Shown here piece after piece: positions 16,401 to 25,323 of a DNA stretch of 32,000 bases (the first letter of the stretch is position 1; each line of letters starts with the position of its first letter). Source of the stretch: Hyperthermus butylicus DSM 5456 (GTDB taxonomy: Archaea; Thermoproteota; Thermoprotei_A; Sulfolobales; Pyrodictiaceae). The position numbers and the translations under genes were made by a program. Under the pieces are notes generated by a model that searched no databases, was not told where the DNA came from, and saw only the letters and a list, made by a program, of their open reading frames with translations. The stretch lies in assembly GCF_000015145.1 (NCBI RefSeq), contig NC_008818.1, positions 300,001 through 332,000 of the forward strand, written 5' to 3'.

Positions 16401-17623
16401 ACCTCGAGGGACTCGTATATCTCGTCTGGCGGTAGAACACTGTTAGCCATGCCGTCCACGTCTTTGGCCGTAAGCGCGTACTTGTAGAAGCTCGGCAGGC
16501 TAACATCCACCGCTGGGAACATCCACTGGCTTGCCGGTATCTCGCGCTGCACCTCCTCGCTGAGCAGCCAGTCCACAAACTTCTTGGCAGCATCAAGCTC
16601 TGCACCACGTATAATCGCGACGCCCTCGACCTGCATCCAGCCGAGCCTCTTCCCACCCGCTGCTAGCACCGTGGCGTTAACCGAGGGCTCCTCAGCGCCA
16701 CCCTCCTTGGCGCTGTACCAGGCGCTGTATGCAGGGTCGGTGCCATAGCTTACAACTATGGCTCTGGGACTGCCCTCCCTCAAGAACTCGTCGTACGCAC
16801 TACCCCAGCTAGGCGCGATCATCATGCCATTCCCTACGAGCTGGCGCCATAGCTCCTTCCAGTCCCTCCCCTCAAGCCTCGATAGGGCCATAGTGTAGAG
16901 GAGGAAGTTAAGCCCCGTACTACTCTTGGTCGGGTCCTCGCCCACAATACGCGGTGCAAGCTTCACTAGCTCGTCGAGGGTTACACCGTCGCGGAGCATA
17001 GCTAGCTCCTCCTCGGTCAGCCGGGATGGGTCATAGACCAGTGCTATCAATCCATAGTCTATCGGCGTCGCACAATGATCCGGGTCAAGCGCATTGGCAA
17101 CCTCCAGGGGAGCACTGGGCGACAGATAGCACACAACCGCGTTATGCTTCTTCAGCTCCTGCAGCAAGATGGGATCAATACCTATCACAACGTCTGCCGT
17201 CTCCACTCCCTGGTCCAGCTCGTTCAGCACCTGGGTAACCATCTGCCTAGCACCGTCAAACCGGTATATCACCACGTCTATCCCAGTCTCGTTCTCGAAG
17301 CGCTGGACAAGCTTGTCGAAAAGCTCCTCATCCTCACCCCACGCCATAAAATCATCATAAGTGTAGACAACAAGCTTAACCGGCTTAGGGGTTATAGCTT
17401 GTCGTATCGGGCGTGAGTTTACAGTGGTGCCCGGGGATGGCTCTTCCAGGGTGTTAGGGTAGCTGTTATTGGTGCTGGTAAGGTTGGTTTTGCTATTGCT
17501 CGTTCCCTCGCCAACGCCACTACGCTGATAGGACACGTAGACCGCGAGCGCAGCCACAAGGAGAATTGCCAGAACCCCCGCTAGGAAGTAGACCGCCCTA
17601 CCCGTCACACCTAGCCACCCCAA
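16364..17623 (-). CDS. Thiamine-type (ThiB-like) ABC substrate-binding protein with N-terminal TM and S/T/N/P-rich linker
   Basis: KLVVYTYDDFMAWGEDEELFDKLVQRFENETGIDVVIYRFDGARQMVTQVLNELDQGVETADVVIGIDPILLQELKKH; overlaps the permease start. Confidence 0.8.
   Translation of the reverse strand: MGWLGVTGRAVYFLAGVLAILLVAALAVYVSYQRSGVGEGTSNSKTNLTSTNNSYPNTLEEPSPGTTVNSRPIRQAITPKPVKLVVYTYDDFMAWGEDEELFDKLVQRFENETGIDVVIYRFDGARQMVTQVLNELDQGVETADVVIGIDPILLQELKKHNAVVCYLSPSAPLEVANALDPDHCATPIDYGLIALVYDPSRLTEEELAMLRDGVTLDELVKLAPRIVGEDPTKSSTGLNFLLYTMALSRLEGRDWKELWRQLVGNGMMIAPSWGSAYDEFLREGSPRAIVVSYGTDPAYSAWYSAKEGGAEEPSVNATVLAAGGKRLGWMQVEGVAIIRGAELDAAKKFVDWLLSEEVQREIPASQWMFPAVDVSLPSFYKYALTAKDVDGMANSVLPPDEIYESLEVWLKDWLSIAGG
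17389..17505 (+). repeat. 117-bp inverted copy, shared with 20804..20920
   Basis: gggttatagcttgtcgtatcgggcgtgagtttacagtggtgcccggggatgg[c]tcttccagggtgttagggtagctgttattggtgctggtaaggttggttttgctattgctcgttc; equals the reverse complement of 20804..20920 with one mismatch. Confidence 0.97.
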
Positions 17624-18121
17624 GCTGGCAATAACAAAGTGATAGGGGGGTCAATAACCCTCTCCTAGGCAAGAAGTGGGCCAGAAGTACCTCCCTAACA
17701 ACATCAACGAGTAACCAATACCACCTCCTTGACGCTGCACCTATGCCGCTCTTGCAGAGCAGTGTACGCATAAAACCAGTCTCATGATAATAAGGCCTAC
17801 CAAGTCTAGCATCTAGCCTTCTCATTTGCCCCCATTGTAGGCATACTCTATGACCTCCTTCTGATTAGTGTAGTGAGCGTAGCGGCTAGACAGCAAGGCA
17901 TGTACATACACTAACGTTATAGCGACACGATTATAATAGTTATTTCGTGATGGACAGCCCTGAAGGATAGAAGATGAACTACACTATGCTATGCTTCTCC
18001 AACACTCTGCAGCTGCCTTGCCTCTCCCGCCGAGATGGTGGAGGCGGGAGGCACTCGTCTACTTTAACGGAGCAGCAATGAATGTAGCTGCTAGCGTAAC
18101 CCACATCACCGCCAAGAGGCT

Positions 18122-18230
18122 ATGCCTCGTTCTATCAGCATGTCTATCCTTTCCTCAACCTCTGCTATCCGTCTCTCCAACTTTTCCTCAAGCCTCTCCA
18201 TCCTCCCTGACCGCTATTTTTGCTATAGAG
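18122..18230 (-). pseudogene. Coiled-coil ORF fragment
   Basis: Minus-strand frame reads RSGRMERLEEKLERRIAEVEERIDMLIERGIAS, similar in style to the 10.4-10.6 kb remnant. Confidence 0.3.
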
Positions 18231-18603
18231 CACGTTTAGCACGGCTATCAGCAGCCCCCGACCACGATGCACTTCCGGTACTAGTGCTCTCGGATGAGCT
18301 TCTAGCGTTACTCCAGCTTCTCGCCTAGCTCCTAGCTCCCGGAGAAGCTGCCCGGTAAAACCCAACACCTAGAACCCTGCCCCGAAGAAGGGATCGCAAT
18401 GCTACCGTATCTTGTTGAGGCTATCGTGGAGGCCGGTGGGATCCTGCAAGCCCTCCGAGGATGGTTTGACGCGTCTGCTGGCTGTGAGAATTAGCAATCA
18501 ACCCTTCCTGGCTAGCTCACTTTGGGGTAGACCTCCTCTATGGTCATGGGCGGAAGACTGTATTAGTACTCCGTACGTGTGTCTACAGTTGGTGTCTACG
18601 GGT

Positions 18604-18708
18604 TTGCCTACGGTTGTTATTAGTGTGCGGGTAGGGAGGGAGGTTAGGGAGAAGCTTGAGAAGGCTGGGATCGGTATCGGCGAGGCTATTAGAGTGTACT
18701 TGGAGTAG
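18604..18708 (+). CDS. Short VapB-like antitoxin or antitoxin fragment
   Basis: TTG start, LPTVVISVRVGREVREKLEKAGIGIGEAIRVYLE* (34 aa) resembles the N-terminus of archaeal VapB-type antitoxins but stops early. Confidence 0.4.
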   Translation: MPTVVISVRVGREVREKLEKAGIGIGEAIRVYLE

Positions 18709-18862
18709 CTGCCTGGAAAAATAGAGCCGAAAGAGCAATCAGTAAAGTGAGCCAGTTGCTTGCCTCTGTTAAGTCTACTGTGCTAGGGTTTGCTTCTAGG
18801 AGCATGAGGGAGGGCCATGAGGGTACTTCACAAGTCTTGCCTGGCTTCCAGGCTACTGGTTC

Positions 18863-20041
18863 GTGGCGAGGGCTGACCCGGTCTTGGGGCGCTGTCTGCT
18901 CTGCGGGCGCGAGGGGCTTGTAGCCTCCTCTATCGGCGTCTGCGCCGAGTGTCTGCGCCAGCATCCTGGGGAGGCCCTGGAGCTTGTTTGGAGCCGGAGG
19001 GCCCGGTGGAGGAGAGAGCTTGGGTTACCGCCCGAACCACCCAGGGACCCTAGTGGTGTTCCGTGCAGGCTATGCGTTAACGAGTGCAGGATACCACCTG
19101 GTGGCCGTGGCTACTGCGGCATCTGGGCCAACCGCGGCGGAAGGCTCGAGCCGATAACCGGCCGTGGCAGGTTGGCTGTCTACACTTACCTCGACCCCCA
19201 CCCAACAAACTGTGTCGCTGAACCCGTCTGCCCAGCCAGCACGTCGAGGGGCTATCCACGGTACACGTTTACCCGGGGCGTTGAGAAGGGCTACTATAAC
19301 CTAGCCGTGTTTATGGCTGGGTGCCCGCTCGACTGCATTTTCTGCCAGAACTGGGAGCACAAAACGATGATAGCCCACGGCAGGATAGCAGCTAGGTACG
19401 TGATGAGTGTGGAGAAGCTTGTAGAGGAGGCTCTCAACCCGAGGGTGACATGTGTCTGCTACTTCGGAGGGGACCCAACACCATACATGCCCATGCTGAT
19501 AGAAGCCTCAAGGAGGATCCTTGAAGAGGCCAGAAAGAAGGGTCAATGGCCTAAAAGGATTTGCTGGGAGACCGACGGCCTGGCAAACCCCGCTGTCCTT
19601 CGGCAAGCCGCGAGGCTGAGCCTGGAGAGTGGCGGCATAGTGAAGATTGACTGGAAGGCCTGGACACCAAGCATATACGAGGCGCTAACCGGCGTGGACG
19701 GCGCCAAGGCTGTTGAGAGGTTGAAGGAGAATACTAGGATGCTAGCCGAGATGGCTGCTGAGAGGCCGGAACCACCGCTCCTCGTGGTCAGCATACTACT
19801 CGTACCGGGCTACGTTGATGCTAGGGAGGTCCGGGGTATAGCGGGCTACGTGGCAGGCCTCATGGAGGAGTATGGCGTGAACATACCCGTTGTCCTGCTA
19901 GCATTCCACCCCGACTACCTTGCCAGGGACCTGCCGCCAACCAGCCGCAGACACGCCGCCGAGGCGAGAAAAGCCGTGCTCGAGGCAGGCGTGAAAGAGG
20001 TCTACATCGGGAACATCTGGCTGCTGGGAGACTACTATTAG
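18863..20041 (+). CDS. Radical SAM protein (PflA / AmmeMemoRadiSam-like)
   Basis: 392 aa with FMAGCPLDCIFCQNWEHKTM (CxxxCxxC) and extra N-terminal cysteine clusters GRCLLCGREG...CAEC and PCRLCVNECRIPPGGRGYCGI. Confidence 0.85.
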   Translation: MARADPVLGRCLLCGREGLVASSIGVCAECLRQHPGEALELVWSRRARWRRELGLPPEPPRDPSGVPCRLCVNECRIPPGGRGYCGIWANRGGRLEPITGRGRLAVYTYLDPHPTNCVAEPVCPASTSRGYPRYTFTRGVEKGYYNLAVFMAGCPLDCIFCQNWEHKTMIAHGRIAARYVMSVEKLVEEALNPRVTCVCYFGGDPTPYMPMLIEASRRILEEARKKGQWPKRICWETDGLANPAVLRQAARLSLESGGIVKIDWKAWTPSIYEALTGVDGAKAVERLKENTRMLAEMAAERPEPPLLVVSILLVPGYVDAREVRGIAGYVAGLMEEYGVNIPVVLLAFHPDYLARDLPPTSRRHAAEARKAVLEAGVKEVYIGNIWLLGDYY

Positions 20042-20856
20042 TCGCTGCCGCCCAGGCTATTATCCAGCATGGACGCTATCTCCCGCGCTATCTCGCCCGC
20101 CCTCAACGTAGCATCACGAACGGCATCGATCACAGCCGACTTGAACCCCCTGCTCTCGAGGGTCCGAATAGCAGCTATCGTAGTACCCGCCGGCGTTATA
20201 ACCTCGTCCCTGAGAACGCCGGGGTGCACATCAGGGTTCTCGAGCAAGTACCTCGCGGTAGACTCGAGAAGCTCCGCCGCCACCCTCCGGGCAATACTCC
20301 TCGGAAGCCCAACAGCCAGCGCTGCCAGCACGAGCGCGTCGAGAAACTCTGCGACCAGCGCTGGCCCCGACCCGGCCACCGCCGTCCATGCATCAATGAA
20401 CTCCTCCGGGACATCGTACACCGTGCCAAAGCAGGAAAGGGCCCTCCTCACGAGCCCGTAGTGCCTCGCGTTGGGCGGAGAGTAGAGGGCTGTGAGGCTC
20501 CTCCCAACCCGTATGTTCAAGTTGGGCATAGCGCGGTAGACCTCAGCACCCTTCAGCACCTTCTGTAGGAGCGAAACAGGCACACCAGCCATCACAGAGA
20601 CGACCGGCTTGCCAGCAACAATACCCCCTATGTCACGGGCAACAATGGGGAAGTGGTAGGGCTTGACACTTATGAACACCAGGTCTGCACTCTCGACAGC
20701 ACACCGGTTACAACTGGTAGCCTCCAACCCAGCCTCACGGAGCAACACAAGCCTCTCCTGGCTGCGAGCCGTCGCAACCACAGACGCGCCACAGCCACGC
20801 AGAGAACGAGCAATAGCAAAACCAACCTTACCAGCACCAATAACAGCTACCCTAAC
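20038..20856 (-). CDS. proC: Pyrroline-5-carboxylate reductase; N-terminus extends beyond the called ORF but has no canonical start
   Basis: Called ORF 20038..20781 has VFISVKPYHFPIVARDI, VVSVMAGVPVSLLQ, YRAMPNLNIRVG, AGSGPALVAEFLDALVLAALAVGLPR, EVITPAGTTIAAIRTLESRGF; upstream in frame reads VRVAVIGAGKVGFAIARSLRGCGAS. Confidence 0.85.
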   Translation of the reverse strand, partial: VRVAVIGAGKVGFAIARSLRGCGASVVATARSQERLVLLREAGLEATSCNRCAVESADLVFISVKPYHFPIVARDIGGIVAGKPVVSVMAGVPVSLLQKVLKGAEVYRAMPNLNIRVGRSLTALYSPPNARHYGLVRRALSCFGTVYDVPEEFIDAWTAVAGSGPALVAEFLDALVLAALAVGLPRSIARRVAAELLESTARYLLENPDVHPGVLRDEVITPAGTTIAAIRTLESRGFKSAVIDAVRDATLRAGEIAREIASMLDNSLGGSD

Positions 20857-20920
20857 ACCCTGGAAGACCCATCCCCGGGCACCACTGTAAACTCACGCCC
20901 GATACGACAAGCTATAACCC
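20804..20920 (-). repeat. 117-bp inverted copy, partner of 17389..17505
   Basis: Direct base-by-base comparison: 116/117 identical in opposite orientation. Confidence 0.97.
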
Positions 20921-21520
20921 TAACGCTACCACACAATCAAAAATCATGAATTACGGAGGAGCCAGAAAGCAAGCCAACCAACAAAACACAACAACACATA
21001 GACGCACATGTCACACAAACCAATGGGGCTTCTAGGTTTTCGTGAGCCGCAGTGAGCGGTTTGCCAGGCCTGAGGAGAAGCACAAAGAGGCCAGGATGAC
21101 CCCAGCAGTCATAGCTCACTGGTTCGGAGTGAACAGCAAGGCAGAGCAGAAAGCAGAGCTAAGCTAACACGGAGCCCCAGACCGGGCAGCCCCTACACCC
21201 AAATCCCATAGCCCCATACCGTGTGAGGCAGGCTAAGACACAAACCCCATACCCCTCCACGCATAAGCCCCAGGTTAACAGGGGGCTGTGACGAACCAGG
21301 GATTATGCCTACCCTTGTGGGGTGACGAGTCCAGCCGAGCCCTGAGCCCCAAACGATCCACTGTACAACTCAGAGCGTACAACTGTACCTAAGACACCGA
21401 TTTTAGTTTAATACTTTATGAACAGCCAAAAGGTTTAAAACTATATTACAGCTAACATATCTTATCGGTACACGAGCAGATAAACCCAAGGTAAAATATG
21501 CATAGAGGGGTGCATCCTAC

Positions 21521-21991
21521 ATGAAAATACGCGCAATTAGCCCCGTAATAGCCACCGTAATCATCCTAGCAGTAACAGTAGCAATAGCAATAGCAGTCAT
21601 CGGCTGGATTACCGGACTATTCGGCGCAACAACAAGCGGCACAGAGCAACTGATAATTTATCCGGATTCCAAGCTATATTGCTATACATCTAGTGCAACA
21701 GCTATTCTACATATAATGAACAAGGGTACAGCAGATTCAGTAATCGATAAGATTGAGATTGCAGGCCTTGGAACAACAGATAGCTTCACTGTGAATGGAC
21801 AAACTGTGGACGAGTACACGCTAACACGCGGTTCAGATGCGACAATAGAAGCTACCATAAGTAGCACTTGTACTGCTGGAGCATCCTACCAAGTAATCGT
21901 CTATACGAAAAGCGGGTATATGGTAAGTACTGTGATAGTTGCAGAAACGGGTTCACAACCAAGTTCACAAGGTACATCAACGCAAGTATGA
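21521..21991 (+). CDS. Archaeal type IV pilin-like protein (class III signal peptide)
   Basis: MKIRAISPVIATVIILAVTVAIAIAVIGWITGLFG N-terminus, beta-rich remainder with two Cys. Confidence 0.85.
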   Translation: MKIRAISPVIATVIILAVTVAIAIAVIGWITGLFGATTSGTEQLIIYPDSKLYCYTSSATAILHIMNKGTADSVIDKIEIAGLGTTDSFTVNGQTVDEYTLTRGSDATIEATISSTCTAGASYQVIVYTKSGYMVSTVIVAETGSQPSSQGTSTQV

Positions 21992-22076
21992 AGTACCGGA
22001 GTACATAGTACTGCACCCTTCCGCTGATTTTGCACAGAATCAACAATACATTTTTACTTCACATACAACACTATGA

Positions 22077-23141
22077 TCAATGTTCCTTTCTTGCAAGTAT
22101 TATTATTCTTGTTAGGCTTCCGTGTACTCTCATGTAGTGGTGTTCTAGTGGTTTTAGTCCTGCTTGTTCGGTGTATTGTAGGGCTTTTTGTTCGGCCCAG
22201 TGTGGTGCTGCGTATGCTAGGTAGGCTCCTGGTTTGAGTACTCTTGCTGCTTCGTGGAGGAATTGTTCTAGGAGTGTTTCTAGTTTTTTGCCTCTTGTGG
22301 ATACGCTTCTTCCGTAGGGTGGGTCTGTTCCTATGCTCTGTATGCTGTTGTCGCGTAGGGGTAGCTGGGTTGCGTCCCATTGTGCTATGGTGATTATGTA
22401 TTGACTGCCGGGGTATGCTTGGAGGTTTGTTTTGGCTCCGTTGGCTAGTTTGTCTGCTAGCTCGCCGCAGATGGCTGGTATTCCGAGGGTTTGGGCTTCT
22501 AGGGGGAAGCCTCCTGTTCCGCAGAAGGGGTCTAGGTAGGGGCCGGGTGGGGCTGCGCGGGAGAGGTTCAGGAAGAGCCTGGCTAGGCGTGGGTCTAGGC
22601 TGCCTGGATGGAAGAATGGTCTTTTCTGCGGCCTGTGGCTGTCTAGGAGCTTCCTGTCCTGTACTGCTTGCCGTAGGCCCGCGACTGCTGCGCCCTGGGT
22701 TGCTATGATGTGTAGTGTTTTCGTTGGGTTCCGGGGGTCCATGGCGACGCCGCAGCTTCTCACCGCGGCTGTTATCTTTTCGGCTATGAGCCTCGCGGTG
22801 TTGTCTGGTAGCGCTTTCTTGGCGTAGCCGCGTACCCGTGTAAACTCGACCCTTACACGGTCTCCTGGCTCTAGGCTGCTGCATAGGTCTGTTGCTAGCA
22901 GGGAGTCCACAATATCGTCCACCTTTGGCTCGGAGGCTGCCAGGACGAGCCCCGCTTCGTGTATGAGGCCTGCCCTCCACGGTACCCGTTCCACGCTGCT
23001 GCAGTTGCAGGTGAACACTGCGAGCTGGTCGAAGACCTCTACTATCCGGTACCGGTAGCCCTCAGCCTCCAGTATGCCCCGGAGCTCTGCGAGGGGGAGG
23101 GAGGCGTGGAGGCCGCTCAGCAGTGCATAGTAGAGCTTCAC
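22077..23141 (-). CDS. THUMP/methyltransferase protein, TrmG10/Trm11-like tRNA (guanine-N2)-methyltransferase
   Basis: PGPYLDPFCGTGGFPLEAQTLGIPAICGELADKLANGAKTNL and IQSIGTDPPYGRSVST (DPPY). The 22054..22980 + ORF is its antisense shadow. Confidence 0.87.
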   Translation of the reverse strand: MKLYYALLSGLHASLPLAELRGILEAEGYRYRIVEVFDQLAVFTCNCSSVERVPWRAGLIHEAGLVLAASEPKVDDIVDSLLATDLCSSLEPGDRVRVEFTRVRGYAKKALPDNTARLIAEKITAAVRSCGVAMDPRNPTKTLHIIATQGAAVAGLRQAVQDRKLLDSHRPQKRPFFHPGSLDPRLARLFLNLSRAAPPGPYLDPFCGTGGFPLEAQTLGIPAICGELADKLANGAKTNLQAYPGSQYIITIAQWDATQLPLRDNSIQSIGTDPPYGRSVSTRGKKLETLLEQFLHEAARVLKPGAYLAYAAPHWAEQKALQYTEQAGLKPLEHHYMRVHGSLTRIIILARKEH

Positions 23142-23168
23142 GGCTGCACCCTCGTCTCCCGGGAGCGC

Positions 23169-23558
23169 CTACTTGTACCAGAGTGTTTCGAGGCCCATCA
23201 GTTCGAAGTGTTTGTCGTTGCTTACAATCCTTGCATGTAGAGCCTTTGCGACTGCCGCTATTAGAGCGTCGGCCACGGGCACGTTGTAGCGTGCTAGGAG
23301 CTTACCCGCCTCCACGGCCTCTCTAGCGCCTATAGGATGAACCGTGAACAAGTCCTGGAACTGAGTAGCCCTAAGTAGTGCCGCGTCGATGCCGAGCCTC
23401 CTGCCGGCGACGCGCAGGTACTCCGCCAGGACTATTGATGGTATCACCGCCTTCTCGCGGAGTAGTCTGCGCAGGAAGACGCGTAGCGCGTCGCGGTCGC
23501 TGCTGCTTGGTGGGAATGTGTAGGCTATGAGGAACCTTGTGTCGAGCACTAGCGCCAT
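23169..23558 (-). CDS. vapC: PIN-domain toxin VapC
   Basis: ALVLDTRFLIAYTFP, PSIVLAEYLRVAGRR, LLARYNVPVADALIAAVAKALHARIVSNDKHFELM. Confidence 0.88.
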   Translation of the reverse strand: MALVLDTRFLIAYTFPPSSSDRDALRVFLRRLLREKAVIPSIVLAEYLRVAGRRLGIDAALLRATQFQDLFTVHPIGAREAVEAGKLLARYNVPVADALIAAVAKALHARIVSNDKHFELMGLETLWYK

Positions 23559-23773
23559 TTCCGCCTCATCTCCTCGAGCTCCTCTATGAGCCTCTTATAC
23601 TCCTCCTCTCCCACGGGCTCGCCTGGCTCCGGTATTTCGGGCTTCTCGATGACTATCCTGCCATCCTCGACGCGGAGCACTAGATAGTCATTCTCCCGTA
23701 TCGCAAGCATGTCCCTAGCCTCCTTTGGCAGTGTAATCTGCCCCTTACGGCCAACTTTTACTAGGAAGTGCAT
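23549..23773 (-). CDS. vapB: AbrB-family antitoxin VapB
   Basis: MHFLVKVGRKGQITLPKEARDMLAIRENDYLVLRVEDGRIVIEKP; overlaps vapC by about 10 bp. Confidence 0.9.
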   Translation of the reverse strand: MHFLVKVGRKGQITLPKEARDMLAIRENDYLVLRVEDGRIVIEKPEIPEPGEPVGEEEYKRLIEELEEMRRKWR

Positions 23774-23990
23774 GCCAATAGCCCAAGGTATGGTCGGACC
23801 CGCTTGCCAGCATATATATTTGATTTGGACACCATACCTCTAGGTTGAGCCTTCGAGCTTGCTCAACCACTACATGTTTATCCACGGCTATACGGCATAC
23901 GGAAGGCTCGACCTGGACAGGGACGTGTAGATAGACGCGGCGAGACGAGAAGACCACGCTACCGCCTGGGGGTCCGGGAGTATGTATGTG

Positions 23991-24665
23991 CTAGCTGTTG
24001 TATGCCTCGTCTAGGCTCGCTGCTTCGCGCGTTACACCCTCTTCGACGTAGACTACTCGGCTTGCTATCTTTGAGAGCAGGTAGGTGTCGTGGGAGGCTA
24101 TCGCTATGCCTGTCTCTTCCCCTGCTAGCTCCTCTAGGAGTTTCGCGAGTTTTCCACGCCGTGGGGGGTCTAGGTGTGCAAATGGCTCGTCGAGGAGCAG
24201 GTAGTGTGGCTTGACCGCTACCGCCCTGGCTAGCGCTACTAGCTGCGCCTGGCCCGCGGAGAGGCCCCTGGCTCTGCGGTGTAGGAGCCCAGCTATGCCG
24301 AGCAGTTCTGCTGCCCGGCGGGCCTCCCTCTCGGCTTCCTCGGGGCTTAGCCCACGGAGCCTCAGCCCGTAGGCAATGTTGTCTAGCACCGTGCCCCGGA
24401 GCATTATGGGCTTCTCATGCACGTAGACTACTACTCTCCGTGCATGCACAAGGCTGCCATCACGCCACGGGTCACGTCCTTCTACCAGTACTGTGCCACG
24501 CTGCGGCCTTAGTAGGAGGCCTGCCAGCTTGAGCAGGGTTGTCTTTCCCGCGCCGTTCGGCCCGACTACCGCGACTATTTCGCCCCTCTCAACGCGGATG
24601 CCTGCGCCGCGTAGAGCCCAGCGCCGCCCATCGTAGCTGTACCACGCGTTCTCAACGCGTATCAA
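23991..24665 (-). CDS. tupC: Tungstate-type ABC transporter ATPase
   Basis: VVGPNGAGKTTLLKLAGLL, RRARGLSAGQAQLVALARAVAVKPHYLLLDEPFAHLD; operon with tupB/tupA-like genes. Confidence 0.85.
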   Translation of the reverse strand: MIRVENAWYSYDGRRWALRGAGIRVERGEIVAVVGPNGAGKTTLLKLAGLLLRPQRGTVLVEGRDPWRDGSLVHARRVVVYVHEKPIMLRGTVLDNIAYGLRLRGLSPEEAEREARRAAELLGIAGLLHRRARGLSAGQAQLVALARAVAVKPHYLLLDEPFAHLDPPRRGKLAKLLEELAGEETGIAIASHDTYLLSKIASRVVYVEEGVTREAASLDEAYNS

Positions 24666-24671
24666 GGCGTT

Positions 24672-25304
24672 TCACGCCCACAGCCTCTGCACAAGCCTGG
24701 CCACGAGTGAGACGAGGAGCGTTATTGCGAGGAGTACCGCGCCGAGCCTCATTGCGAACTCGTACTCTCCCATCGAGACGCCTAGCGCTATTGCTGTGGT
24801 CAGCGTCCTGGTGTATCCCTTAATGTTGCCGCCAACCATGAATGCCACGCCCAGCTCGCCTATAGCCCGGGAGAACCCCATTACCACCGATGCTACGAGA
24901 CCCGGCAATGCTTCCCGTACAACCGTGATCATTGCCTGCCTACTTGTTGCGCCAAGGCTATATGCTAGCTCGCCGTATACCTCGAAGCCGTGCCTTAGCA
25001 CGCGGTATGCAACACTTGTAACGAGGGGCGTTACGAGTACCGCCTCCCCGATTATTATTGCTTGGGGCGTATAGAGGAGGTCTAGAAATCCGAGGGGCCC
25101 GGAGCGGCTCAGCAGCATGTACAGTAGGAGGCCCACGAGAACAGTCGGAATACCCACAAGGGCCTCTAGGATGGGGGCGAGAGCCTGGAGTCTACGGCGG
25201 GACGCGATGAGATAAGCTAGTGGTATACTCCAAAGCGAGGCTAGGAGCGTCGCTGTTCCAGAGACGTATATGCTTCTAAAAACGATGTCTCCGAGCTCCC
25301 CCAA
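24672..25304 (-). CDS. tupB: Tungstate-type ABC transporter permease
   Basis: LVGLLLYMLLSRSGPLGFLDLLYTPQAIIIGEAVLVTPLVTSVAYRVLR ... REALPGLVASVVMGFSRAIGELGVAFMVGGNIKGYTRTLTTAIAL. Confidence 0.87.
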   Translation of the reverse strand: MGELGDIVFRSIYVSGTATLLASLWSIPLAYLIASRRRLQALAPILEALVGIPTVLVGLLLYMLLSRSGPLGFLDLLYTPQAIIIGEAVLVTPLVTSVAYRVLRHGFEVYGELAYSLGATSRQAMITVVREALPGLVASVVMGFSRAIGELGVAFMVGGNIKGYTRTLTTAIALGVSMGEYEFAMRLGAVLLAITLLVSLVARLVQRLWA

Positions 25305-25323
25305 CCCAGGGGAACCCCCCGGC

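Noticed and set aside
20653-20949. Plus-strand 98-aa ORF containing the TSNSKTNLTSTNNSYPNTLEDPSPG peptide
   Set aside because: Antisense to proC; the peptide similarity to the binding protein is explained by the 117-bp inverted DNA copy, not by a second linker gene.
22054-22980. 308-aa plus-strand ORF, rich in R/P/T/S
   Set aside because: Lies antisense to the Trm-G10-like methyltransferase, has shadow-ORF composition and no recognisable domain.
23745-23957. 70-aa minus ORF ahead of vapB
   Set aside because: Overlaps the vapB start, no homology recognised, likely non-coding promoter region between the tup operon and vapBC.
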